47,019 bases of DNA from Candidatus Peribacteria bacterium (GCA_041691135.1 JBEPVF010000012.1:1-47019); one strand, 5' to 3'. Shown: positions 19,309 through 29,293, numbered from the stretch's first letter. The notes: generated from the letters alone by a model not told the origin. Made by a program: numbers and translations.

Positions 19309-21462
19309 ATGTCAGTCGCATCACTCGAAATATTCATTCCCGTCGTGGCCCTTGCCGGGCTCCTGTATTCACTCGTCTTTTGGAGCGGTGTTACTCATGC
19401 TCCGGATGGTAATGCTGCCATGCAAAAAGTGGCTGATGCCATTGCAACCGGTGCCCGCGCGTTCATTCGCCGTCAGTACCGCACGATCACCTTGCTCTCG
19501 TTGGCTGTCGGCGTGGCCATCATTCTGGTCTACGGACTGACCAGCGGTCACAACAATATCCTCGCCGGGGACGGCGTAGATCAGACAACCGCATCAGGTT
19601 GGCATAAAGGTTTGCAGGTCGGACTCTCGTTCCTGCTCGGTGCCTTCTTCTCGGGCTTGTCGGGCGTCGTGAGCATGGTCGTCGCCACCAAGGCCAACCT
19701 CAAGACAGCCGGTGCCGCACATAAAGGACTCAATGCAGCGCTACGGATGGCGCTGCGGGCCGGTGCTGTCTCGGCTCTGATCATCACGGCTCTGTCCATT
19801 CTGGGCGTGAGCGGTTTGTATCTTCTGTATGTCTACGTCTTCCATATCAGCCCATCGCAGATCCCCGCCCTCATCGTCGGTTACGGATTCGGCGCATCGT
19901 TCGTCGCACTGTTCGCGCAGCTGGGCGGCGGTATCTACACCAAGGCCGCCGACGTCGGCGCTGACCTGGTCGGCAAAATCGAAGCCGGTATTCCGGAGGA
20001 TGACCCGCGTAACCCGGCAGTGATCGCCGACCTCGTGGGCGACAACGTCGGTGACTGCGCCGGTCGCGGCGCGGACCTGTTCGAATCGATCTCGGCCGAG
20101 AACATCGGCGCCATGGTGCTGGGTGCGACATTGGCTCCCGTGTTCGGCGCACAGGCAATTTTGCTGCCGTTGGTCCTGGGTGTCTGCGGCATCGTCGCCA
20201 GCGTCATCGGCATCTACTTCGTCAAAGCCAAGGCCAATGAGTCGCCGATGAAAGCCATGCAACGCGGCTTCTGGGTGACGACCGCTCTGATGATTGTCGC
20301 GCTGTTCGTGACTACGCGCTTCCTGCTGGCGGGTGCCACCATTCACTATCTCGGTCGCACAGCCACCACCGTCGGCACGGATGCATGGCGCTGGTTCTTC
20401 CTGGCCGGACTCGTAGGTATCGCCACGAGCGTGGCCTTCGTCTATCTGACTGACTACTACACCGGCAAAGACTTCCGACCGGTACGATCGATTGCTGATG
20501 CATCGACCACCGGGCACGCCACGAACATCATCGCCGGCGTGGCCATCGGTATGGAATCGACCGGCCTGACTGTATTGAGCGTGTGTGCCGCCCTCCTTGG
20601 ATCGTTCTGGCTCGGCACGCACAGCGGCGTCCCTGCCGGCGGACTGTTCGGCACCGCCATCGCCACGATGGGCATGCTCTCGACCGTCACCTACATCCTG
20701 GCTATGGACATGTTCGGTCCGATCACCGATAACGCCGGCGGCATCGTGGAGATGTCGGGCGCATCGGAAGACATCCGAAAAGTGACGGATGAACTCGACG
20801 CCACGGGCAACACCACGAAAGCTCTGACCAAAGGCTACGCCGTCGGCTCAGCTGCCCTGGCCGCCTTCCTACTCTTCTCCGCATTCCTCAGCGAAGCCAA
20901 ATTGACGGTCGTGAACCTGGCCAGCGTGCCGGTATTCGTCGGCGCCTTCTTCGGCGCGATGGTTGTCTTCTTCTTCACCAGTCTTACGATCCGCGCCGTC
21001 GGCAAGGCCGCCGGTGTGATCGTCGAGGAAGTCCGCCGTCAGTTCCGCGAAAAGAAAGGTCTGATGGATGGCAGCGAACAACCCGACTACGCCGCCGCCG
21101 TCGACATCGCCACCAAGTCCGCGCTCCACGAAATGATTCTGCCCGGCATCGTGGCAGTCGCCGCGCCGATTCTCGTCGGCGTCACCCTCAAAGCCGAAGC
21201 CGTCGCAGGCATGCTCATGGTGAGCACCATCGCCGGTGTGCTCCTCGCCGCGTTCCTCAACAACGCCGGCGGTGCATGGGACAACGCCAAGAAGCTGATC
21301 GAAACCGGTTACCACGGTGGCAAGAAATCCCCGGCTCACCAGGCATCGGTGACTGGCGATACCGTTGGCGATCCGTTCAAGGACACCGCCGGTCCGTCAC
21401 TCCATGTGCTCATCAAACTGTTCAGCACACTGACGTTGGCATTGGCGGCGTTGTTTATGTAG
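19309..21462 (+). CDS. hppA: Membrane-bound proton-translocating pyrophosphatase, K+-independent type
   Basis: DVGADLVGKIEAGIPEDDPRN, DNVGD, DNAGG, GNTTKA, WDNAKK and DTVGDPFKD motifs. Confidence 0.96.
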   Translation: MSVASLEIFIPVVALAGLLYSLVFWSGVTHAPDGNAAMQKVADAIATGARAFIRRQYRTITLLSLAVGVAIILVYGLTSGHNNILAGDGVDQTTASGWHKGLQVGLSFLLGAFFSGLSGVVSMVVATKANLKTAGAAHKGLNAALRMALRAGAVSALIITALSILGVSGLYLLYVYVFHISPSQIPALIVGYGFGASFVALFAQLGGGIYTKAADVGADLVGKIEAGIPEDDPRNPAVIADLVGDNVGDCAGRGADLFESISAENIGAMVLGATLAPVFGAQAILLPLVLGVCGIVASVIGIYFVKAKANESPMKAMQRGFWVTTALMIVALFVTTRFLLAGATIHYLGRTATTVGTDAWRWFFLAGLVGIATSVAFVYLTDYYTGKDFRPVRSIADASTTGHATNIIAGVAIGMESTGLTVLSVCAALLGSFWLGTHSGVPAGGLFGTAIATMGMLSTVTYILAMDMFGPITDNAGGIVEMSGASEDIRKVTDELDATGNTTKALTKGYAVGSAALAAFLLFSAFLSEAKLTVVNLASVPVFVGAFFGAMVVFFFTSLTIRAVGKAAGVIVEEVRRQFREKKGLMDGSEQPDYAAAVDIATKSALHEMILPGIVAVAAPILVGVTLKAEAVAGMLMVSTIAGVLLAAFLNNAGGAWDNAKKLIETGYHGGKKSPAHQASVTGDTVGDPFKDTAGPSLHVLIKLFSTLTLALAALFM

Positions 21463-21485
21463 AAACAACTCAAACTCTGATTAAG

Positions 21486-21517
21486 AACAAAAGGGTGACT
21501 CGGTCACCTTTTTGTTT
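21486..21517 (+). terminator. Intrinsic terminator after hppA
   Basis: AACAAAAGGGTGAC-TCG-GTCACCTTTTTGTTT. Confidence 0.85.
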
Positions 21518-21520
21518 GCC

Positions 21521-21739
21521 TGCTCTGCCTGCGGGCGTACCCCATCCGCTCTGCGGGGCACCTTCCCCGGCCCTCCCGCACGCCAACGCGGGGAAGGACG
21601 ACAGAACAAAACAGAAACATTCCCTTCCCCGTGAAAGTCTCTGGAGAAGTGTTATCTGCAAAAAAGACTGATCCTCTCAGGAACAGAATGGAGGAGGCGG
21701 GGGAAGGGTTAGGGATGGGGTACGCCCGCAGGCAGAGCA
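21521..21739. mobile_element. MITE-like element with 27-bp perfect terminal inverted repeats
   Basis: TGCTCTGCCTGCGGGCGTACCCCATCC at 21521-21547, reverse complement at 21713-21739. Internal modules shared with 22780-22980. Confidence 0.7.
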
Positions 21740-21869
21740 AGCGCAAGAAACTTTATGAGGGGAGCCGAAAGAATCTTCGATTGAATCTGAAAACTTCTTA
21801 TCATGAATGTAATAAAAACTATACATTATAAAGATAATTCAGAGAACCAAGCTGCTACACTCCCTCCAG

Positions 21870-22685
21870 ATGAATCAGCCTCTCGTCTCCGCACTGGTCC
21901 TGAACTACCGCTCGCCTGCCGAGACGGTACGGTGCGTGAAGGCACTTCTGGCGCAGACTATCGCTGATCAACTCGAGATCATCGTGATCGATAATCATTC
22001 CAACGATGATTCGATCGGCCGCATTCGCAATAATCTACGAAGCTATCCGCAGGTACGCATCGTCGAGACGCCGCGGAACATCGGCTACGGCAAAGGCAAC
22101 AATCGAGGCGAAACGTATGCGCATGGCACCTATGTTTTGATCATCAACCCCGACAATGAACTCGAAGCGAATGGTATCGAGCAGATGGTTGACGCCCTGC
22201 AGCACGACCCGGCCATCGGCATCATCGGACCGAAGCTCATGCATCCCGACGGCACGCTGCGCGATTCGCAACGCAGCTTTCCGACTCTTCTGAATGTCTT
22301 CATCAAGCGCACGCCGCTTCGTCATCTGTTCCGCGAACGCATGGAGCACTATCTGCAATGGAATCACGACAGCAACCAGGTCCGCGACGTCGACTGGATC
22401 GCCGGTGCCTGCTTTCTCATTCGCCGCGATTTGTTCGGGCAGCTTGGCGGCTTCGATCCGCGATTTTTCCTGTTCTTCGAGGACACCGACCTCTGCCGCC
22501 GCGTGTGGCAGGCCGGCAAGCGCGTCGTGTACTTCCCATTGGTCCAGGCAACCGATCGCAAGAAACGCCTGAGTGACGGCGGATTTTTCGCAATCTTCAC
22601 CAAGTGGACGGTGCGGGAACATCTGAGAAGCGCCGTGCTGTATTTTTGGAAATGGCGGGGTCAATCTGCGAGCAGATCTCATTGA
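21870..22685 (+). CDS. Glycosyltransferase family 2 (rhamnosyltransferase WbbL-like)
   Basis: LVLNY, VIDNHSND, NIGYGKGNN, INPD, GACFLIRR and FFLFFEDTDLC motifs. Confidence 0.93.
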   Translation: MNQPLVSALVLNYRSPAETVRCVKALLAQTIADQLEIIVIDNHSNDDSIGRIRNNLRSYPQVRIVETPRNIGYGKGNNRGETYAHGTYVLIINPDNELEANGIEQMVDALQHDPAIGIIGPKLMHPDGTLRDSQRSFPTLLNVFIKRTPLRHLFRERMEHYLQWNHDSNQVRDVDWIAGACFLIRRDLFGQLGGFDPRFFLFFEDTDLCRRVWQAGKRVVYFPLVQATDRKKRLSDGGFFAIFTKWTVREHLRSAVLYFWKWRGQSASRSH

Positions 22686-22721
22686 TGTCTGGAAACAGAC
22701 AGTATTGCAGTTTGATGATTT

Positions 22722-23039
22722 GGGCGCTGTCGCTTTCTGCGCGGTTATTGCAAAGAGCATATTCATCGCCGGCTGGTGAGCACCCCATCCGCCCTCTGGG
22801 GCACCTTCCCCGGCCCCCACACGCCAACACGGGGAAGGACGTGTGATCTATTTGTCTTACTATTAAAAAACATACAACACACATCCTCCTCTCCCGGCGG
22901 GTCTCTGGAGTTCAATCGCGTACGCATGACCAAGACTTCCTGCGCGACAGCGGGCTGAGGGAGAGGGCCGGGGTGAGGGCGCACCTGCTCACGATGAATC
23001 GAACAACTTGCACACACTGCGAAGAAAGCGACAGCGCCC
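22722..23039. mobile_element. Composite MITE-like palindromic element
   Basis: 17-bp perfect terminal inverted repeat GGGCGCTGTCGCTTTCT (22722-22738/23023-23039), inner ATTCATCG/CGATGAAT pair, nested hairpin modules. Confidence 0.7.
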
Positions 23040-23143
23040 TACTGAAAAATTTCTTAAATGCCCATGGAGCAACAAAATTGAACTCATTGAGAAAATAGGT
23101 TTATAAAACCCTCTATTCATAGGCCTAGAAGCTTATATTCAAC

Positions 23144-23172
23144 TTGACCATGCCTTGTCTTCCCCTTACTCT
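23144..23172 (+). promoter_or_regulatory. Promoter of rplY (predicted leaderless transcript)
   Basis: TTGACC-17 nt-TACTCT, then 8 nt to ATG. Confidence 0.65.
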
Positions 23173-23180
23173 AGCCGCCC

Positions 23181-23840
23181 ATGGACATGATTCCCCTGTC
23201 TGTTTCGGCGCGTGATGCGCAGAAAACGGCGAAGCAACTTCGCACGTCCGGCCACGTGCCATGCGTGGTGTACGGCAACGAGGTCGAAAATATGTCGCTT
23301 CAAGCCACTGCGAAGGATCTACATAAAGCCTTCCAGAAGGCCGGCGAAAGCACGCTGGTGGAATTGGAGATGGAGGGAAAAAAGATTCCCGTGCTATTCA
23401 AAGACATCAGCTTCCACCCCGTATCCGGCGCCGAGATGCATGCCGACTTCTACGCGGTAAATATGAAGGAGGAGATCGAGACAGGCGTGCCGATTCAGTT
23501 CGAAGGCGAATCGCCGGCAGTCAAAGACTTCTCTGCCATCTTGGTGACGGCTCAGGACGAAGTGACGGTTCGTTGTCTGCCAAGCAACCTGCCACATGCA
23601 CTCACGGTTAATTTGGAGAAACTGAAGGAATTCGGCGATGTGATCACGGTCGCCGATCTGACGCTGCCAAATGGCGTGACGATCACGAACAGCGCCGATA
23701 CCGTCTTGGCCACCGTACAGCAACCGCGCGAAGAGGAGGTCATTGCTCCGACGACACCTGCCGAAGGTGCTGATGCCGCCGCAACGGCTGAGGGTGCTAC
23801 TCCAGCGGAAGGTGCTGCAGAGGACAAGAAAGGCGAATAA
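23181..23840 (+). CDS. rplY: 50S ribosomal protein L25 / general stress protein Ctc
   Basis: LRTSGHVPCVVYG, HPV...HADFY, C-terminal Ctc domain and acidic tail. Confidence 0.95.
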   Translation: MDMIPLSVSARDAQKTAKQLRTSGHVPCVVYGNEVENMSLQATAKDLHKAFQKAGESTLVELEMEGKKIPVLFKDISFHPVSGAEMHADFYAVNMKEEIETGVPIQFEGESPAVKDFSAILVTAQDEVTVRCLPSNLPHALTVNLEKLKEFGDVITVADLTLPNGVTITNSADTVLATVQQPREEEVIAPTTPAEGADAAATAEGATPAEGAAEDKKGE

Positions 23841-23900
23841 CAAAAGCACACCGGTTGGTTGGCCAGTTGCTTTTTGCCGAACGATCGGCATGATGCCCGT

Positions 23901-24938
23901 ATGTCGAACTCACAGCGCACTGCTGCGCTTCTCGCGGTATTCACCTTTCTGGTCGGCGGACTTGGCGCCACGCAGCTCGTTCTTTCGACCCGCGCTCCGT
24001 CCGCTCTTGCCGATGAAGAAATCAACGATGGTTCGGCCGTGCAGTACCTGGCCAGTTTGCTACGAAGTACCGTTAGGCGCCGCCCCAAGCCAGTCACCAA
24101 GGCGAGCGTCAGTACGACTCGTCAGATGGTCGCCGTAATGATCGAAAATTCGGCCGACGCACGGCCGGTCATCAAAGGAATTGAGAAGGCCAAGATGGTC
24201 GGCGAGTTCACGGTGGAGGGCGGGATCACACGCCTCGTAGCGCTGTTCGACCGTGCTGATTTTCCGGATGTCGTCGGTCCGGTGCGTTCGATGCGCCTCT
24301 ATTTCGCACAGTCTTTTCTGCCCTACAGTTCAGCCATGCTCTTCGCCGGCTGGAGCCCGGATGCCGAAGCATTCATCGCCAAAACCGTACAGCCGCTCTT
24401 CTTCAATGGACTGCAATACGGTAACAACTTCTACCGCGACACGACGATCCCTGAACCGCATAACTACTTCACCAACCGGCAGAAAGTAGAAGATCTTCTG
24501 GCCAAACAAACATTGCGATCAGTCACATGGCCAGCCTTCACCACGCCAGAACGCACGCTTACCGGTTCGGCGGCCACCACCATCGACGTGAATTTTTACG
24601 CCCAGCGTTCGAACGAGCAGTATGTCTATCAACCAACTTCAGACTCCTACACCCATACGACCGGCCACGACATCGGCGCCTCTCATCCTTCGACATTCAT
24701 TGTCCTCGAAGTCCCCGTCACGGCAACCGGCGAAAAGGGCCGCATGACGATGGATCTCCTCCACGGCGGCAAACTCCTCTACTTCCGTCACGGCAAAGCC
24801 ATCACCGGTACCTGGTCCAAACCGAGCATCGAGCAAGTCTTCACTTTTGCCGACAACACTGGCGCACCATTACCGATGGGAGACGGACAGATATGGATCT
24901 TGGCATTGCCTGATGTAGGAAGGGTAAGTTGGAAGTGA
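23901..24938 (+). CDS. DUF3048 (YerB-like) exported protein
   Basis: AVMIENS.DARP, VEGGITRL, GPVRSMR and EPHN motifs; N-terminal TM segment. Confidence 0.88.
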   Translation: MSNSQRTAALLAVFTFLVGGLGATQLVLSTRAPSALADEEINDGSAVQYLASLLRSTVRRRPKPVTKASVSTTRQMVAVMIENSADARPVIKGIEKAKMVGEFTVEGGITRLVALFDRADFPDVVGPVRSMRLYFAQSFLPYSSAMLFAGWSPDAEAFIAKTVQPLFFNGLQYGNNFYRDTTIPEPHNYFTNRQKVEDLLAKQTLRSVTWPAFTTPERTLTGSAATTIDVNFYAQRSNEQYVYQPTSDSYTHTTGHDIGASHPSTFIVLEVPVTATGEKGRMTMDLLHGGKLLYFRHGKAITGTWSKPSIEQVFTFADNTGAPLPMGDGQIWILALPDVGRVSWK

Positions 24939-24981
24939 GAGGACTCCGAAGAATCCGACGGCGCCGACGACTCCGAGGACT
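24938..24981. repeat. 9-mer tandem array
   Basis: AGGACTCCG AAGAATCCG ACGGCGCCG ACGACTCCG AGGACT. Confidence 0.8.
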
Positions 24982-25266
24982 CTCTCCACTACACCCAGGC
25001 GGCCTTAAGCCGCCAAACCTCTTCGCCTGCTCGCTATTCCAGATAATGATCCCCTCCGACTATGTGGTGGGGATAAGTGGTTACAAGCCCTGCTGTCGCC
25101 AGCCCACAGGCGCGACAGCAGGGCGAGGTGGGTCATAGGCGGTGCGCTTCTTTTTGGTTCTTTTTCTTGTCGCGGGGAGACAAGAAAAAGAACACCAGTG
25201 GTGACTGATGCTGCTCATGTAGGAGAATATTTCAGACATCGCAGCCGAGGACGGCTGCTGCTACAG
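24982..25266. repeat. ~285-nt structured intergenic element, copy B
   Basis: Colinear with 8115-8427; identical 15-bp hairpin GTTCTTTTTCTTGTC/GACAAGAAAAAGAAC. Confidence 0.9.
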
Positions 25267-25273
25267 AGAATCA

Positions 25274-27658
25274 TTATTTGTCTTCATCCTTCCGCCTCAA
25301 AAACCCCGGCACCAACAACGGCGCTTTAATACCGGGCACTTTTTCAGCTAATTCCAAATCCTCAACCGCTACTTTACCGATGTACAGCCGCCGTAAATCA
25401 CCGCCATTTTGCACAAAATTCTCCACGGCGAGCTGGCCGCGGAAATACACCAGTCCTTTGGTGAAGCTGCCAACCTGGCTGGTATCACCCAATCCCCGCT
25501 TAAGTTCGATGGCTTTCGTCACCGCCTTCTCGGTCGTATAGCCCAGCTCCTTCTCCAAATACTGTCGTGTCTCGACGAATGGATGGTGCAAGCTGTACTC
25601 CACAGCCAGCACGCTGCGCGCCGGACCGTAGCGCTTGTCTTCGAACGGCGGAAGAATACGATTCTGGTTATACACGGCCAATCCTTCCTGCGTATCTAGA
25701 TAGTTGGCGAAGCCGCGCCGGAACAGTTCGTACGGCTGTTGCTCGCCATTTTCAAGTGTGAGCACATGTGTCTCGATCTCGTGCGCCACCAACGATGCCA
25801 CATGCTGTTTTGTAAATCGCGCGTCGCTGCGAATGTAGAGATGCTTCCAGCCCACGGTGCAATCGGCAATCAACGTATCACGGATGGTGACGTGCCAATC
25901 GTGCAATCCGTAGCGACGGAAATGTTCTTCGAACAGAGGAGCGGCGCGTTCGGCCGAGAGCCACTCTTTGGCCGGCGGCGGTAGTTCACAGGCAATGCGT
26001 GACTGCAAGGCGGCATCGGCTAGCAAGAGGAGATGCGCAGTCGGCGCGCCAAACAGCGCCTTCGATGCTTCGGTAAACCGGGCGGCATCACCGCGACTTT
26101 TGAGCGCCTCGAGGCGCATCACCAGCTCCAGACGTTTCTTTTTAAGCAACAATCCCAAGGGCGATTCGTCGATCGAGAGTGACCACAGGCGCTTCTCCAC
26201 ATCATCAGGATCGAATTCCAGCGCGGCGTATGTGAATATCGGCGTATAGAGCGGATCATCTATAATTCTCTGGCGCTCATCCTGAAGATTCAACGGTTTC
26301 AAATGCCGCAAGACCAGAAGATCACGATCGAACTGACTCAGGATCCGGTCGACGGAGCGAAGATCGGACACCACGCGCGTCGGCACAACCGTGTTATCGA
26401 CCGGTCGCCGCGACGGATCGATCAGAAAATCACGCAGATCACGCCGGCCGAGTATGGCTCGCACGCCGTCGATATTGATCGGCGACGATTCCACCACCGT
26501 CTGGATTTTGCGACCGCCCAGCGTGAACTTGGCCCGATACAAACCCGTTTCTTCATCGTGTTCGATGGCTTCCTGTTGCAGTAAATCCCGAATCAGATCG
26601 GGCGCGAACTGACTGCGTTCGTATACACCCGGTGCCAACGCCGCCCGCACTTTGATGGTGCTGCCGTCACCATGGATCAAAATGGATTCCTGCAATCCGA
26701 GGCGCGGCCGGTCATCGGTATCCTGTGATTTCTGCACGCGTTGACCGAACAGATCTTGGGCCAGGCGCACGCCTTTTTCGGGCGACCCGACATCGATGCC
26801 TTTTACGCGTTCCAAACGTGCCCGCAATGGCGCCAGATTCGCCAACTGCACGCCCAAACCGGCTCGTGCATTCACTTCCAGCAAGACAGGACCTTGATCT
26901 TCGTCGATCGTCAGATCCACCGCCAAATAGCCGATGTTCGTAATGGTCTGGATGCGCGACGCAATCAGCAGCAAGTCCTCCCAGAACGGAATGGGAATCC
27001 CCGCCACCGGCGCGCCGTGTGGCAGCTCTTTGATCAGATGATCGTACTGAAATCCATGCGTGGTGATTCCCTTTGCCAGATCGATGCCGATGCCGATCCC
27101 TCCCTGATGCACGTTCGCCTTGCCGCCGCTGAGTGCCGTGGGCACGCGCACCATCGCCATCACCGGCACCAGGTTGAAGACGATAATGCGAACATCGGGC
27201 AACCCGGCCGGACGAAACGGCGCAAATCCTTCGTGTGCCACCAGGATCTTCTCGAAGAACGCCGTATCCTCGCGGCCGTTCACCGAAAATTTTCCATCCA
27301 GAATATCTTCGATGTGTTCGCGAAGCCGTTCGTCGGTGATCGGCGTGCGACCGTTTTCGAAAAACACGCCGTTTTTTCGTCCTTTCAAAATCACGATCCC
27401 CTCGCCGCCGAAACCGTTGTTCGGTTTGAGAACGCATTCATCCGGCAGGCTGCCAAAATCGAATGCACGCAGCTGCACGCGATCTTCCACACGCGCATAA
27501 ATCTTCGCCACCGGAATGCCGCGCGCCGAAAGATACGCTTTCGACTTCAGTTTGTTATCGGCAAACGCAACCGCCTTCTTGGGATTATAGGGCTTGAGGT
27601 AGAGGAGATTCCTCGCATTCAGACCGAGAACGCCGTGATTGGAGAGGAAGGGAAACAT
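25274..27658 (-). CDS. Fusion of alpha-L-glutamate-ligase-like ATP-grasp, degenerate RimB-like retropepsin and DUF1704/MATCAP-like metallocarboxypeptidase
   Basis: LGLNARN, KPNNGFGGEGI, DVRIIV, KANVHQGG and LEVNARAGL (ATP-grasp); ILGRRDL.FLIDPS (retropepsin-like); HEIETH, QEGLAVY, FTKGLVYFRG and LYIGKV (peptidase). Confidence 0.88.
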   Translation of the reverse strand: MFPFLSNHGVLGLNARNLLYLKPYNPKKAVAFADNKLKSKAYLSARGIPVAKIYARVEDRVQLRAFDFGSLPDECVLKPNNGFGGEGIVILKGRKNGVFFENGRTPITDERLREHIEDILDGKFSVNGREDTAFFEKILVAHEGFAPFRPAGLPDVRIIVFNLVPVMAMVRVPTALSGGKANVHQGGIGIGIDLAKGITTHGFQYDHLIKELPHGAPVAGIPIPFWEDLLLIASRIQTITNIGYLAVDLTIDEDQGPVLLEVNARAGLGVQLANLAPLRARLERVKGIDVGSPEKGVRLAQDLFGQRVQKSQDTDDRPRLGLQESILIHGDGSTIKVRAALAPGVYERSQFAPDLIRDLLQQEAIEHDEETGLYRAKFTLGGRKIQTVVESSPINIDGVRAILGRRDLRDFLIDPSRRPVDNTVVPTRVVSDLRSVDRILSQFDRDLLVLRHLKPLNLQDERQRIIDDPLYTPIFTYAALEFDPDDVEKRLWSLSIDESPLGLLLKKKRLELVMRLEALKSRGDAARFTEASKALFGAPTAHLLLLADAALQSRIACELPPPAKEWLSAERAAPLFEEHFRRYGLHDWHVTIRDTLIADCTVGWKHLYIRSDARFTKQHVASLVAHEIETHVLTLENGEQQPYELFRRGFANYLDTQEGLAVYNQNRILPPFEDKRYGPARSVLAVEYSLHHPFVETRQYLEKELGYTTEKAVTKAIELKRGLGDTSQVGSFTKGLVYFRGQLAVENFVQNGGDLRRLYIGKVAVEDLELAEKVPGIKAPLLVPGFLRRKDEDK

Positions 27659-27719
27659 ACGGGAATGATCAGCGATACGTGATCAGTGGTCACCTTGAGG
27701 AGAGCGAAAGGTCGAAGGA

Positions 27720-29234
27720 TTATTCTTCTTGCAAATGACGGAACAGTTCCCTAAATCGGAAATATTCCACGATTCTGAGGCCGGTCCATTTTCCCAGAAA
27801 CACATTGATGAACAGCGTGAGCAGAATGAGTTCCGGATAGGCAAGAATCAGCGACTGGAACGATGTCCACTGGACGATGAGCACGCACAGCAGCGCCGAT
27901 AAGATCGTCTGTCCCACGCTGAACACCGCGCCGATGAAACCCTTTTCGGTCTTGGCAGTGAGGAAACTTTCGCCGAGCGTAGAGAGGATCAGTAGGATGA
28001 AGATGCTATCGCGCGAGAGGATGATGCCGAACGCCGCGCCAATGCTGAGCAAGACGAGAAGTGTGATACTCACGGCGGTGAGAATGATCGCCACTTTGGG
28101 AATGTAGAGCAGGCGAAAACGCTGCATCGCCGCGCGCGTCAGATACCCCGTCGCCAAGATGAAAATGAGGAAAAGCAATCCAACCCACCAGCCCAGCGCC
28201 AGGAAGCTGAGAGCCACGATAGATGGCGCAAACAAGCCAAAAGTCGTGAGTCCTACCACCTGCCGCAACAGCGCCAGAATCGTCGCAATCACCGGCAACA
28301 TCAGCAGCAGGACGATGCTCTGACTCGAGACACCTTGGATGAGCATGTAGTTCACCAGCCACGACAGGACGTTCCACGGCCGTATCGAGACAGTGGTACT
28401 GTCGAGTACCAGGTAATCGATGCCACGCTCCTTGGCCGACACCAGAAAACTTTCACTGTTTGGGGACAGTAAGAAAGATCCCAATGCTTCGACACGCGTG
28501 AGGATGATGCGCTTGGGTTGCAGCACCGAGAACGGACCGTTGGCTGCACGTGCCAGCGTGTGCAAGTTGTGCTCGGTCACCAGGACGATTGTCTGCTGAT
28601 GCATTTCGCTCAGCCCATCGACATTGTTCTTCACCGCTTCCATCAGTGCCTGTAACGCCGGAATACCTTCGGTCCACAGAATGACCGAATCGGCATTGCG
28701 GAAAATCGTCTCGTCCTGCGCGAGCAACGTCGCGAGCACTTCTTCGGGTCGGCGCGACAACGATGCCTCAGGCAGATTCAGCACGCGAAGATACGTCCCC
28801 GCTTGCTGGGCCGCATTCACCTGATAACTCAAACTGCTGGCCGGCACCGTCGCATCGGCGATCATCACGATTTTGCGACGATACGCGATCACCTGATGCA
28901 CCGCTTCGGACCGCAATTCCGTTCCATTCTGCGACCACGTCATCACCAACCGGAATGTGAGTGTACCGGGTTGTTCGGGCGTGAAGATGGCATCGACTGC
29001 GCGGCTGATGGGATCTTTGCGTCCCTCCACGAACCACTCGTATTTTACCGGCCCGGGCGGGGCCAGACTTTTGGACGCATTCAGAATCATCGTACGAACC
29101 ACCGGATTATCGTCGGGACCGTCGATGATGGCTTGCAACACGGGAGTGGGCAGCACCGTATCCCCCGTCGCAGCCAGAGCGGCAACCGGACTGATCAGGG
29201 CGAGAGCAAAAAGGAGAGGGAGGAGACGATTCAT
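27720..29234 (-). CDS. 7TM_transglut-family membrane protein with signal peptide and PKD-like N-terminal domain
   Basis: LLMLPVIAT..ALLRQVVGLTTFGLFAP, YPEL and GKWTGLRIVEYFRF match the 7TM domain found next to alpha-L-glutamate ligase-like genes. Confidence 0.85.
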   Translation of the reverse strand: MNRLLPLLFALALISPVAALAATGDTVLPTPVLQAIIDGPDDNPVVRTMILNASKSLAPPGPVKYEWFVEGRKDPISRAVDAIFTPEQPGTLTFRLVMTWSQNGTELRSEAVHQVIAYRRKIVMIADATVPASSLSYQVNAAQQAGTYLRVLNLPEASLSRRPEEVLATLLAQDETIFRNADSVILWTEGIPALQALMEAVKNNVDGLSEMHQQTIVLVTEHNLHTLARAANGPFSVLQPKRIILTRVEALGSFLLSPNSESFLVSAKERGIDYLVLDSTTVSIRPWNVLSWLVNYMLIQGVSSQSIVLLLMLPVIATILALLRQVVGLTTFGLFAPSIVALSFLALGWWVGLLFLIFILATGYLTRAAMQRFRLLYIPKVAIILTAVSITLLVLLSIGAAFGIILSRDSIFILLILSTLGESFLTAKTEKGFIGAVFSVGQTILSALLCVLIVQWTSFQSLILAYPELILLTLFINVFLGKWTGLRIVEYFRFRELFRHLQEE

Positions 29235-29293
29235 ACCAGAAAGCAGACGGACAGGTGATAAAGAAGAATCAGCGTGACGGGAACGAAGCTGCG

